Origin: an uncultured Chloroflexia bacterium | GTDB lineage: Bacteria; Chloroflexota; Limnocylindria; QHBO01 | Assembly: GCA_963806695.1 (NCBI GenBank) | Contig: CAWDYT010000008.1 | Location: 20,643 to 84,642 of the forward strand | Length of the DNA: 64,000 nt | Reading direction: 5' to 3' | In this document: positions 8,837-19,751 of the stretch, in pieces | How the letters are laid out: each line of letters starts with the position of its first letter | Position numbering within the stretch: the stretch's first letter is position 1 | Notes under the pieces: generated by a model | What the model saw: only the letters and a program-made list of their open reading frames with translations | Databases searched by the model: none | What the model was told of the DNA's origin: nothing | Translations under genes and position numbers: made by a program

Positions 8837-10113
8837 GGGTCGCCGTCATCGGTTCCGGCATCAGCGGCCTGACCGCCGCGTACAAGGTGTCCCGCGACGG
8901 ACACGAGGTTCGGCTGTTCGAGGGCGAGGCAACGCCCGGCGGCCACGTCAAGACGGTCGAGGTCGAGACGCCCGCGGGGCCGATCGCCGTCGACACCGGG
9001 TTCATCGTCTTCAACGACCGGACCTACCCGCGCTTCATCGGCCTCCTTGCCGAGCTGGGCGTGTCCTCGCAGCCGAGCGACATGTCGCTCGGTGGCTCGT
9101 GTCGGGCGTGCGACATCGAATGGAGCACCCGCGGCCTCCGCGGCTATTTCGCGCCGCCGACATCGATCGTGCGGCCGCGACACTGGGGCATGCTCAACGA
9201 CATCCTCCGCTTCTATCGAGACGCTCGTGCCCGACTTGACGGAGCTCAGGGCGCGCGGCGGACGACGCTCGCCGAGTTCCTGGATGAGCGCGGGTATGGG
9301 ACGGCCTTCCGCAGCCACTTCATCCTTCCGCTGACGTCGGCCGTGTGGTCGACGGCAGCGAGCCGCATCGGCGACTTCCCGGTCGACTACCTGCTCCGAT
9401 TCCTCGACCACCACGGCCTCATCGGCTATGGCAACGCCCTCCGCTGGCGAACCGTCACCGGCGGCTCGATGCGCTACGTCGACCGCATCCTGGAGCGGCT
9501 GCCGGCCGGCGTGGTCCGTGCCGGGGACGCGGTCGTAGACGTCAGCCGGGACGCGAGCGGTACGACGGTGCGCACCGCGGCGGGCTGGCACGAAGCGTTC
9601 GACGTGATCGTCCTGGCTACTCATGCCGACGACGCACTCCGGCTGCTCAGTGACGCCGATCCGCGCGAGCGGGCGGCGCTCGGGGGCTTCGACTACACCA
9701 CCAACGACGTCGTGCTCCATACCGATGCGACGCTCCTGCCGCGGCGTCGCGCGGCGCACGCGTCCTGGAACGTCGACCAGGCCGACTGTAGGCTTCCTGG
9801 CGACGCCCTCACCATGACCTACGACATGAACCGCCTCCAGTCCCTGTCGGGCACGACGCAGTACTGCACCTCGGTCAACCCCGACCGCGAGCGGCTCGAT
9901 CCCGCCACCGTGATCGTCGAGCGCGCCATGCGCCACCCGCTGTACACCTTCAAGACGCTGGAGGCCCAGGCTGCGCTCAGTGCGCTCCAGGGTTGGCGCG
10001 GCACGTTCTACGCCGGGGCGCACCTCGGGTACGGGTTCCACGAGGACGGCTGCCGCTCCGGGTACGCCGCAGCGGAGCTGATCGCCGGCGGCGCGCGGGA
10101 GCTGGCGGCATGA
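8833..10113 (+). CDS. FAD-dependent oxidoreductase (amine-oxidase family, cfa-associated, UfaD-like)
   Basis: [31 protein letters not shown]; ATGA overlaps on both sides. Confidence 0.9.
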   Translation: MRVAVIGSGISGLTAAYKVSRDGHEVRLFEGEATPGGHVKTVEVETPAGPIAVDTGFIVFNDRTYPRFIGLLAELGVSSQPSDMSLGGSCRACDIEWSTRGLRGYFAPPTSIVRPRHWGMLNDILRFYRDARARLDGAQGARRTTLAEFLDERGYGTAFRSHFILPLTSAVWSTAASRIGDFPVDYLLRFLDHHGLIGYGNALRWRTVTGGSMRYVDRILERLPAGVVRAGDAVVDVSRDASGTTVRTAAGWHEAFDVIVLATHADDALRLLSDADPRERAALGGFDYTTNDVVLHTDATLLPRRRAAHASWNVDQADCRLPGDALTMTYDMNRLQSLSGTTQYCTSVNPDRERLDPATVIVERAMRHPLYTFKTLEAQAALSALQGWRGTFYAGAHLGYGFHEDGCRSGYAAAELIAGGARELAA

Positions 10114-10850
10114 GGTCGCACCTGCTGGAGGGGATCGTGCGGCACCGTCGTGCACGGCCGTTCACATACGAGCTCGAACACTCGGTCTTCTATCTCGCGC
10201 TCGACCTGGACGAGCTCGACGAGACCCCGCGTCGGGTGCGCCTCATCGGCCGCAACCGGCCGAACCTGCTCGTCTTCCGCGACGCGGACCACCTCGATCC
10301 GCCCGCTGCGGACCTGCGCACATCGGTCCATGCGCACCTCCGCGCCGAAGGGTTGGAGCCCGCGGGTTGGCGGATCACGCTGGTGACGAACCTTCGCGTG
10401 CTCGGCTACGTCTTCAACCCGGCCAGCTTCTATCTGTGCCGCGACACGGAGGGCACGCTGCAGGTCGTCATCGTGGAGGTCCACAACACCCACGGCGAGC
10501 GCCACCAGTACACGCTGCGGCCGGAGCACGACGGCAGCACGTTCGTCTCGTCGATGGAGAAGGCCTTCTACGTGTCACCGTTCATCGACCCCGTCGGCTC
10601 CTACACCGTGCGCGTGCGCGACGAGGACGAGCGGCTGCGCATCACGATCAACGAGGCCAAGGACGGCGAGCTCCAGCTCCACGCGAGCCTCGACCTGGCG
10701 CGTCGTCGATTGAGTTCGCGCGCAGTGGCAGGCATGCTTCTGCGGCATCCGCTGATGACGCACAGGACGATCGGGATGATCCACGTCCACGCCCTCCGCA
10801 TCTGGCGCCGCGGGGCCCGGTTCTACCGCCACGGCCAGGCCGCATCGTGA
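10110..10850 (+). CDS. DUF1365 family protein (UfaO-like)
   Basis: [42 protein letters not shown]. Confidence 0.9.
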   Translation: MRSHLLEGIVRHRRARPFTYELEHSVFYLALDLDELDETPRRVRLIGRNRPNLLVFRDADHLDPPAADLRTSVHAHLRAEGLEPAGWRITLVTNLRVLGYVFNPASFYLCRDTEGTLQVVIVEVHNTHGERHQYTLRPEHDGSTFVSSMEKAFYVSPFIDPVGSYTVRVRDEDERLRITINEAKDGELQLHASLDLARRRLSSRAVAGMLLRHPLMTHRTIGMIHVHALRIWRRGARFYRHGQAAS

Positions 10851-12093
10851 CCTCCACCGCATCCCTCGGCCAACTGACGCGGGTCGCCGAGCCGATCCTG
10901 TCGCGGGTTGCCGAGCGGGTCCTCCTCGCCGCGGCGACACGGATCCGCAGAGGGCGGCTCCAGTGACCTTCCCCGATGGTTCGCAACGATCGTTCGGCGA
11001 CCCGGCCGCCATGGATCGCGCCGAGGTTGTCGTCCACGACCCCGAGGCATACCTGCGCATGCTCGTGGGCGGCGAGACCGGCGCCGGCGAGGCCTACGTC
11101 GACAGGCTCTGGTCGAGCCCGGACCTCACTGCGGTCATCCGGCTCGGCGCCCGGAATCGAGCCGAGCTTGCACTATCGACCGGGATGCTGCGCGTACCAG
11201 ACCAGCTGCGCCGGACGGTCACCCATCGGCTGCGCCGCAATACGCGGAGCGGCGCGCGCCGCAACATCTCCGCCCATTACGACCTGGGCAACGACTTCTA
11301 CCGGCTGTGGCTCGACGAGACGATGACCTACTCGAGCGCGGTCTTCGCCTCCCCGGACCAGTCGCTCGCCGATGCGCAGCGCAACAAGTACCGGATCATC
11401 GCCGAGGGCGCCGGCGTGCGGGAGGGATCCCGCGTCCTGGAGATCGGATCCGGCTGGGGCGGGTTCGCCCTGTACGCGGCCGGCGAGCTCGGCGGCGCGG
11501 GTGACGTCGATCACCATCTCGCGGGAGCAGCGCGATCTCGCCCGGCACCGCGTCCGCGAGGCTGGCCTCGAGGACCGCGTCGAGATCCAGCTGCGCGACT
11601 ATCGCGACGTCACCGGCACGTACGACGCGGTGGTGTCGATCGAGATGTTCGAGGCGGTCGGCGCCGAGTACTTCGCGGCCTTCTTCCGCGCGTGCAGCGA
11701 CGCGCTCGTCCCCGGCGGCAGGCTGAGCCTCCAGACGATCACGGTGCCCGATGTCGGCTACCGGCGCCAGGTCGGTGGCGCGAACTGGATCCAGACGCTA
11801 CATCTTCCCGGGAGGCATGCTGCCGTCGCTCGCAGCGATCGAGCGTTCGCTGCACGGCACCGGATTCGTGGTCACCGGCGTGCCGCGACATCGCCGAGCA
11901 CTACGTCCGGACGCTGCGTGCCTGGCGCAGCGCCTTCCTCGAGCGTCGGGGAGACGTCCGGGCGATGGGCTTCGACGACCGCTTCATCCGGACTTGGGAG
12001 TACTACCTCGCGCTCAGCGAAGCCGGCTTCGCGACGGGCGTGACGCAGGACCTCCAGCTCGTCCTCGAGAAGCGACTGCCCGCCGGCGCCTGA
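10847..12093 (+). CDS. cfa: Cyclopropane-fatty-acyl-phospholipid synthase family methyltransferase (several indels)
   Basis: NISAHYDLGNDFY, MTYSSA, VLEIGSGWGG, VSIEMFEAVG, RTWEYYLALSEAGF spread over different frames. Confidence 0.85.
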
Positions 12094-12130
12094 CCTGCCC
12101 GCGCGCGGCATTGGCCGCCATACTCGCTCC

Positions 12131-12955
12131 ATGCGCCGCCCTTCTTCGCCCGGCCCCGGCCGCCGCGACCGGCCACCTTCCGGTGGCAGCGCTAGGCGAG
12201 ACCAGCTGGGAGCGGGTCGCGACGTGGTACGACGGCTGGGTCGGCGACCGCGGCTCGGCGTACCACCGCGAGCTCGCGATCCCGGCCACGCTCGATCTGC
12301 TCGACCCGCGCCCGGGCGAGGCGGTCCTCGACCTCGGCGGAGGGCAGGGCGTGCTCGCGCCGGCGCTCGTCGAGGCGGGGGCATCGGTCACGGTGGTCGA
12401 TGCCTCGGCCAGGCTGATCGCGGCGGCGAAGCGGCGCCACGGGCGGCTTGCGCGATGCGCGGTTCCTGGTCGGCGATGCCCGCCGGCTGTCCGCCGTCGC
12501 AGGGCTCGAGCCGGGGCGGCTTCGACGCGGCGACCGTCATGCTCGCGATCCAGGACATGGACCCGCTCGACGACGTCGTCCGAGGGCTGGACTGGGCGTT
12601 GAAGCCCGCGTCACGCGTCGTGCTGCTCATGACGCACCCGGCATTCCGCCAGCCTCGCCACTCCGGCTGGGGATACGACGAGGGGCGCAAGCTGACCTAT
12701 CGACGCGTGGACGGCTACCTGTCCGAGATGGCGGTGCCGATGAAGTCGCTCGGTGGTGGCCTGCCGACGCGCAGCTTCCATCGGCCGATCAGCGCCTACG
12801 TCAACGCCCTCGCGGCGGGCGGCTTCGCGACCGATGCCATGGTCGAGATCCCCGACCTCCCGCCCGACCGGCGACCGGGCAAGGCGGCTCGCGGGGATGC
12901 CCGCGCCCACGACGAAATCCCGATCTTCCTGGGGTTGCGCGCCGTCCGTCGGTGA
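12131..12955 (+). CDS. Class I SAM-dependent methyltransferase (indels)
   Basis: WERVATWYD, VLDLGGGQG, HPAFRQPRHSGW, FHRPISAY in different frames; CATACT 6 nt before the ATG. Confidence 0.75.
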   Translation: MRRPSSPGPGRRDRPPSGGSARRDQLGAGRDVVRRLGRRPRLGVPPRARDPGHARSARPAPGRGGPRPRRRAGRARAGARRGGGIGHGGRCLGQADRGGEAAPRAACAMRGSWSAMPAGCPPSQGSSRGGFDAATVMLAIQDMDPLDDVVRGLDWALKPASRVVLLMTHPAFRQPRHSGWGYDEGRKLTYRRVDGYLSEMAVPMKSLGGGLPTRSFHRPISAYVNALAAGGFATDAMVEIPDLPPDRRPGKAARGDARAHDEIPIFLGLRAVRR

Positions 12956-13030
12956 CCGACCAAGCGCGCCAGCGCGTTTCGGGCGAGAATGCGCCCCCGC
13001 CTTCCCACACACCAGCACAGGTTCACCGTC

Positions 13031-14365
13031 ATGACTGTCAGCGACTCCGAGCGGCGCCCGGCGCCCGCCAGTGCCGCCATCCTGATTGCCGTTCTCCTGC
13101 TCTTCGGGGCGGCCACGTTCGTGGCCGGCCTGGCCGTCGGCTCGAACGGCGGCGTGGGCCAGGCGGACCCATCGGCCGATCCGTCGGTCAGCGTGCCGTC
13201 CGAGGTCGCCACGCCTGAGGGAACGCCGGGACCGACGCCGGTCCTCGAGACGGTGACCTGCACCGAGCCGTCCGAGGCCTTCGCCGTGCTGTGCGAGGTG
13301 TACGCCGACATCAAGGGCGAGTACGTCGACGAGATCAGCGACGAGGACCTCGTCGATGGCGCGGTGCGCGGCATGGTCGAGTACGGCCTCGAGGATCCGT
13401 ACTCCGGCTATCTTCCGCCGGAGCAGTACGGCTCCGCGCTGGACGACCTGTCCGGCAGCTTCTCTGGCATCGGCGCGGAGGTGGGCATGGAGAACCTGGC
13501 CGATCCCGACGACCTGGCCGCGTGCACAGTTGTGACGGAGACGTGCGTGATGGTCATCGTCGCGCCGCTCGACGACTCGCCGGCGGAGCAGGCGGGACTG
13601 CGGCCGGGCGACCAGATCCTGGCGGTCGACGGGACCCCGACGCTGGGCGAGAGCATCAGCTCGCTCGTCTACCAGGTGCGAGGCGAGTCGGGCACCGATG
13701 TGACGCTCACGATCCGTCGGGACGACGAGGAGTTCGACGTGACGATCACCCGAGCGGTGATCGAGCTCGAAGAGGTGACCTCCGAGCTGCTGCAGGACGG
13801 CATCGGCTACGTCCGCCTCACTTCGTTCACCGATCGCGCACCGGGCCTGTTCTCCGAAGCCGTCTCGTCGCTCCTCCAGCAGGGCGCCACCGACATCGTG
13901 TTCGACCTGCGGTCGAATCCCGGCGGCTACATCGTGGCCGCGCAGGGCGTCGCGTCGCAGTTCGTCGGGTCCGGCGAGCTGCTGTTCACGGTCGAGTCGG
14001 GCGAGGACGTCGACGAGTGGCGCGCGGAGGACGGCGTGGCCCAGGACCCCTCGATCGAGGTCGTCGTGCTCGTCGACGGCGGATCGGCATCGGCCTCCGA
14101 GATCGTGGCAGCCGCGCTCCAGGAGCACGAGCGCGCGACGATCCTCGGGGAGGACACGTTCGGGAAGAACACGGTCCAGATCTGGAACGACCTGCCCAAT
14201 GGCGGCGGGCTGCGCCTGACCACCGACCGGTGGTTCACTCCCGAGCACAACTCGGTGGCGCCCGACGGTGTGCAACCCGACGTCGAGGTCGCCGGCCCGG
14301 AGGATCCGGCCTCGGAGGACGACCCACAGCTGGACCGGGCGGTCGAGGTCCTGCTCGAGGACTGA
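13031..14365 (+). CDS. S41 family C-terminal processing peptidase (PDZ plus protease)
   Basis: N-terminal TM, DPYSGYL, SPAEQAGLRPGD, DLRSNPGG, SASASEIVA, TFGK. Confidence 0.92.
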   Translation: MTVSDSERRPAPASAAILIAVLLLFGAATFVAGLAVGSNGGVGQADPSADPSVSVPSEVATPEGTPGPTPVLETVTCTEPSEAFAVLCEVYADIKGEYVDEISDEDLVDGAVRGMVEYGLEDPYSGYLPPEQYGSALDDLSGSFSGIGAEVGMENLADPDDLAACTVVTETCVMVIVAPLDDSPAEQAGLRPGDQILAVDGTPTLGESISSLVYQVRGESGTDVTLTIRRDDEEFDVTITRAVIELEEVTSELLQDGIGYVRLTSFTDRAPGLFSEAVSSLLQQGATDIVFDLRSNPGGYIVAAQGVASQFVGSGELLFTVESGEDVDEWRAEDGVAQDPSIEVVVLVDGGSASASEIVAAALQEHERATILGEDTFGKNTVQIWNDLPNGGGLRLTTDRWFTPEHNSVAPDGVQPDVEVAGPEDPASEDDPQLDRAVEVLLED

Positions 14366-14374
14366 GCCGGCCGG

Positions 14375-15346
14375 CTACCCGGCGAGAATCCGCAGGAACA
14401 GGTCGGGATCGACGTTCCCGCCGGAGATGACGACCACCCGGGCGTCGTCGTCTTCGCCGCGCGGCACGCTGCCGGCAAGGTGCGCCCCCATCGCCGCCGC
14501 ACCCGATGGCTCCACGACCAGGCGCGCGCGCGTGGCGAGCTGCCGCATGGCATCGGCCATCTCGTCCTCGGTGACGGTGACGATCTCGTTCATGAAGCGC
14601 CGCAGGTGCTCGAAGGGAAGCGTCCCGAGCGAGTTCGTGCGCAGGCCGTCGGCCATGGTGCGCCCGGTCTGCTCCGCGGTCCAGGTGACCAGCACACCCC
14701 GCTCCAGCGACTCCTTGGCATCGGCCGCCAGCTCCGGCTCGACTCCGACGATCCGGGCGCCGGGGGCCAGCGCTCGCACGGCGGTCGCCACCCCGCCGGA
14801 CAGGCCACCGCCCGACACCGGCACGAGGACGCTGGTGACCGACGGCAGGTCCTCCACGATCTCGAGGCCGCACGTCCCCTGGCCGGCGATGATGGCCGGG
14901 TCGTCGTACGGCTCGACCATCACCAGGCCGCGCTGCGCGACCAGCCGGAGCGCGAGCGCGTGGCGCTCCTCGGAGTCCATCCCGGTGAACTGGATCTCGG
15001 CACCGTCGCGCCGGACGCCCTCGATCTTCACGCGCGGCGCGTCGCGCGGCATGCAGATCACGGCGGGCGCGCCCAGCAGACGCGCGGCCCGCGCCACGGC
15101 CTGGGCATGGTTGCCCGACGAGTAGGTCACGACGCCACGGGAGCGCTCCTCGTCGGTCAGCGACGCAATCTTGTTGTAGGCGCCGCGCATCTTGAACGCG
15201 CCGACCGGCTGGAGGGACTCGGGCTTCAGCCAGGTCGTGTCGTCCCAGCGCAGCAGCGGCGTACGCGTCGCCACGCCGCGAACGCGATCGGCGGCTTCCC
15301 GAATCTCCTCGATGGTGACGATGTGCGGCTCGGCGCTGACCTCCAT
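14375..15346 (-). CDS. PLP-dependent threonine/serine dehydratase
   Basis: KPESLQPVGAFKMRGA, SSGNHAQ, VPVSGGGL, VISGGN. Confidence 0.92.
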   Translation of the reverse strand: MEVSAEPHIVTIEEIREAADRVRGVATRTPLLRWDDTTWLKPESLQPVGAFKMRGAYNKIASLTDEERSRGVVTYSSGNHAQAVARAARLLGAPAVICMPRDAPRVKIEGVRRDGAEIQFTGMDSEERHALALRLVAQRGLVMVEPYDDPAIIAGQGTCGLEIVEDLPSVTSVLVPVSGGGLSGGVATAVRALAPGARIVGVEPELAADAKESLERGVLVTWTAEQTGRTMADGLRTNSLGTLPFEHLRRFMNEIVTVTEDEMADAMRQLATRARLVVEPSGAAAMGAHLAGSVPRGEDDDARVVVISGGNVDPDLFLRILAG

Positions 15347-15370
15347 GCCACCGATGCTAGCGCGCGAGGC

Positions 15371-15811
15371 TCACGGGATCGGCAGCTCCTCGCAGCCCAG
15401 CTCGACGAACACCCGCTCCTCGTTCCCGAGGGCCGGGTTGACGTCGTCGGCTGGGACGAGACGGTCGCAGCGGTAGCGTGACCATCGCTGCGAGCCGAAC
15501 CGGTCGCGCGTGGCGTCGACTAAGAGCTCGACCGTCCCGTTCTCGTGGACCCGGTAGTAGCGCGTGACCGGGTCGCCCTCGTCGGTTGGCCGGGTGCTGA
15601 TGAGCTCCGCGCCGTCACCGTTCTGGAACGCGCGGAGCAGGCACGTCCGGGCATCGACGTTGTGAGGCAGCCCGTTCGCCTCGATGGACTCGACGCCGCA
15701 CGATGCGAGCGGCAACCGGTTGGTGATCCACTCAGGCTCGTCGGTCGACAAGGGGCTCGTGCACCCGGCCAGCAGTCCGAGGATCGCGACGAGGACGGCG
15801 CGCTGACGCAT
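15371..15811 (-). CDS. Hypothetical lipoprotein
   Basis: Signal peptide with lipobox LAGC; TDEGDPV and DRF motifs reminiscent of DUF4362 (unverified). Confidence 0.7.
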   Translation of the reverse strand: MRQRAVLVAILGLLAGCTSPLSTDEPEWITNRLPLASCGVESIEANGLPHNVDARTCLLRAFQNGDGAELISTRPTDEGDPVTRYYRVHENGTVELLVDATRDRFGSQRWSRYRCDRLVPADDVNPALGNEERVFVELGCEELPIP

Positions 15812-15814
15812 CGG

Positions 15815-17257
15815 TCAGTAGGCGCGAGCCCAGGTCGCGAGCTCGGTGCCAGGCTTGCCGCAGTGCATGCATGCGGTGCCGGGGTCGCGCACCTCGAGCG
15901 GCAGGAAGCGGATCGTCGCCTTCGTCTTCGCGCTGATCTCCGCCTCGCAGGCCGCGTCGCCGCACCAGGCGCCGACCCAGAACCCGCCCTCTGCCTCGAC
16001 GCCCGTCGCGAATGCGTCGAACGAGGCGATCTCGTGGGTGTTGGCGTCGCGGAAGGCGAGCGCGTCGTCGTAGCAGCGCCCGCTGGACCGATGCGAGCCG
16101 CGCTGCCATGCCGCTCACGACCTCGGCCATCGACAGCTCCACCTTGTCGCCGCCCTGACGGCTGACGAGCCACCGCCCGGCCGGCGGCAACGTCCCGCGG
16201 CCCGAGCTCGATCGCGCACCGGCACGCCCTTGAGCTCCCACTCTGCGAACTTGTATCCGGGGCGATGCTGGTCGCGGTCATCGAGCCGTACGCGAATGCC
16301 GTTCGCAGCGAGGTCGTCGCGCACTCGCTCGGCCACCGCCGAGCACCGCGCGACCGCTCCTCGTCGGTCCGATGGATCGGCACGATCACGACCTGGATCG
16401 GCGCGACCGCCGGAGGAAGGCGAAGGCCGGCATCGTCGCCGTGGGCCATGATCGTGCCCCCGACCAGGCGCGTGGAGAAGCCCCACGACGTGGCCCACGC
16501 GTGCTCGAGCTCGCCGCCGCGTTCGAGGAACGTCACGTCGTAGGCCTTCGCGAAGTTCTGCCCGAGGAAGTGCGAGGTGCCCGCACTGCAGCGCCTTCCC
16601 GTCGCGCATCAGGCCCTCGATGCGTGTAGGTCTCGACGGCTCCCGGGAATCGCTCGCCCGCGGCTCTTGCGCCCGGTCGACCGGGATCGCGAGCACGTCC
16701 TCCGCGACCTCGCGGTAGACCTCGAGCATCTGGAGCGCCTCCTCGTGCGCCTCGTCCGCGGTCGCGTGGGCCGTGTGGCCCTCCTGCCAGAGGAACTCGG
16801 TCGTGCGGAGGAACAGCCGCGTGCGCATCTCCCAGCGCACGACGTTCGCCCATTGGTTGTAGAGCAGCGGCAGGTCGCGATAGCTCTGGATCCAGTCGCG
16901 TAGGTCGACCAGATGATCGACTCCGACGTCGGCCGGATGACGAGCGGCTCCTCGAGCTCCTCGCCCGCCGCCGTGCGTCACGACCGCCACCTGCGGCGCG
17001 AAGCCCTCGACGTGATCGGCCTCCCTGTCGAGGAGGCTCATCGGGATGAGCAGCGGGAAGTAGACGTTCTCGTGGCCCGTCGCCTTGAAGCGATCGTCGA
17101 GCGCGCGCTGGGTGTGCTCCCAGATCGCATAGCCGTGGGGCCTGATGATCATCGAGCCCTTGGCCGGGCCGTGCTCGGCCAGCTCGGCCCGCTTCACGAC
17201 CTCGACGTACCAGCCCGGGAAGTCGTCTGCCTGCCTCGGCAGCCTGGCGGTGCTCAT
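15815..17257 (-). CDS. proS: Proline--tRNA ligase, archaeal/eukaryote-like type (multiple indels)
   Basis: [59 protein letters not shown]-terminal Cys-rich end ...ARAY-stop. Confidence 0.92.
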
Positions 17258-17290
17258 GGAGCGCCGATGCTAGCCGATGGCACGTCGTCC

Positions 17291-19751
17291 CTAGGCGGCG
17301 GTGCCGTCAGCGGCCGCCGGACGCAGGGCTCCTCGTCGGGCCCGCTTGGGCCTCGCCGTTCGCGCGGCCCAGCGATGCGCGGTCGCTAGGCCCTCCATGC
17401 CGGCCTCCACCTCCGTGGCGTCCACGGGCCGTGAGAAGAACCACCCCTGCCCGTACGTGCTGCCCAGCACGCGCATCCGCTCCGCCTGGTCCTCGGTCTC
17501 GATCCCCTCGGCCACCGTCGCGATGCCGAGCGACTCGCCCAGCGCCACGATCGCCCCGGCCAGCGCCGGCCGGTCGCGCGTCCCCTCGGCGCCCTGCACG
17601 AACTCGGCGGCGATCTTCAGCGCGTCGACCGGGAACTGGCGCAGGTGGCTGAGCGAGAAGTATCCGGTGCCGAAGTCGTCGATCACGACCCGCGACCCCG
17701 AGCGTCGCGCAGGCGCCTCGAGGGTCGCCACCGTCGCGGTGGTCGCCTTGATGAGCGCGGTCTCGGTGAGCTCGAGGATGAGGCGGGTCGGCTCCAGGCC
17801 GGCCCAGGCGAGGGCCTCCTCGACCGCGCCGACGAACCCCGGCTGCTGGATCTCGCGCGCCGACACGTTGACGCACAGGAAGAGCTCGCGGCGGGGTCAG
17901 GCCGAGGCGCCTGCCAGGCCGACGGCCCGCTCGCAGGCCTCTCCGCAGGACCCAGCGACCGATCGGCAGGATCGCGCCGTTCTCCTCGGCGATCTCGATG
18001 AACTCGCCCGGCGGGACGAGGCCGCGCTCGGGGTGCTGCCAGCGGACGAGGGCTTCGACGCCGGCGATGCGGCCCGGTCTCGAGCGTCGACGATCGGCTG
18101 GTAGACGAGCCGCAGCTGGTCGAGGTCGACGGCGCTGCTGCAGCTCGGCGCCCAGCTCGTGCCGGGCGCGGATCGGCTGCGTGCATGCCCGGGTCGAAGA
18201 CCGCGAACCCGGCCTTGCCGTTGGCCTTGGCCATGTACATCGCCACGTCGGCGTTGCGCACCATCTCCTGCGCGCTCCGCGCGTCGCGTGCGCTGGCGAT
18301 GCCGATGCTGGCGGACGATCGTGATGGTGTGGTCGCCGATGACGTACGGCACGCGCAGGTCGCGGACGAGCCGCTCGGCCATCGACCGTGCGCGGCGCGA
18401 GCTCCCGGTCGTCCTCGGTGAGGATGGCGAACTCGTCGCCGCCCAGCCGGGCCACGAGGTCGCCCTCGCGGACGAGCGCCGCGGATCCGGTCGGTGACCG
18501 CGATCAGCAGCGCGTCGCCGGCGGCGTGGCCGAGGGTGTCGTTGATGACCTTGAAGTCGTCGAGGTCGATGAACAGGACGGCGGTGAGCCCGTCCCGGTC
18601 GCCGCGTTGGCCTCGAGCGTGCTCTCCAGGTCTGCCTGGAACATGTGCCGGTTGGCGGCGCCGGTCAGCGAGTCGCGCTCGGCCAGGTCTCTGGACGTGG
18701 CGCAGCAGGACGGCGTTGCGCAGGTTGAGGGCCGCCACGGCCGGCGAACTGGCCGAGGACCGATGCCACGCGGCGCTCGACGCCGAACACGGTGCGCGAC
18801 GCGATGCTCGACCACGATCGCGCCGACCGGCAGTCCGTCGGCCATGAGTGGCGCGACCAGCAGGTTCCGCGCATCGGGCATGACGGCAGCCAGCAACGGG
18901 TTGGCGTCGGCCTCGACGCGCTTGACCGGCAGCAGCTCGCGGCGCTGCCACGCGCGCCGCACGATCGCGTCGACCGGCGCGGGATCCGTCCACTCGGTCG
19001 TCCCGCGGGACGCCAGCACGATGAGCTGGTCAGCGGCCGCCCCGAGCACGACGCCCCGCCGGAACCCGAACCGCGCCGCCAGCCCGTCGAGCACGACACG
19101 GGCCTGGAGCACCGGATCGGCGACGTCGTCGAGCCGCGCGCCGACATCGACCAGCGCCTGGAGGTCGGCGCGACGCTGCCGGAGCTCCCGCTCGTTCATC
19201 GCCGAGAAGATCGAGGTCGCGATCGCGAACAGCCAGAAGCTGGTCACGTTCAGCACCGGCATCCGATCGAAGACCACGGCACTGCCCGGCACCACGTCGA
19301 CCGGCGGGACGAGCCCGGCGGCCTGCGCGTACAGCACCACGAACAGCAGCAGCGAGTGCCACAGCGCGATCTTCAGGCCCGTGCGGTACGACGCGAGCAA
19401 CGACACCGCCACCAGGTGCAGGTAGATGAGGAATCGGATCGGGCTCTGGGTGGCGCCGGTCACATACATCGCGTACGCGAGGTAGACGCCGTCAGCCAGG
19501 AGCAGGGCATTGAGCACGGCGAAGCTGAATGGACCGGCCCGCCTCCGCGCAACCTCGGCAAGGATCGCGGCCAGCATGTACACAGCGGTGGCACCGGCAA
19601 GCGCCGAGATCGGCACGCCAAGCGACTCGGGGCGGGCGAAGCTCCACGCCATCACCACGGCTCCCATGGCCATGCGCAGGACCAGCAGATGGCCCATGCG
19701 GTCGCTCAGCGCGGTGTAGTCCTCGGGAGTGACGTGTCGCCGCCGGATCAC
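17291..19751 (-). CDS. Membrane GAF-GGDEF-EAL diguanylate cyclase/phosphodiesterase (multiple indels)
   Basis: N-terminal TM helices, GAF-like segment, [52 protein letters not shown] across frames. Confidence 0.88.

Noticed and set aside
12131-12955. Second methyltransferase as a FufM-like furan fatty acid methylase of the cfa operon
   Set aside because: It has its own -10 and leaderless start and is a small generic class I methyltransferase, not a Cfa-family protein
15815-17257. proS, hppD, deoD, cfa, ecfA and others as pseudogenes or programmed frameshifts
   Set aside because: proS is essential, all catalytic motifs are intact, and indels are scattered without slippery-site logic; sequencing error is far more likely
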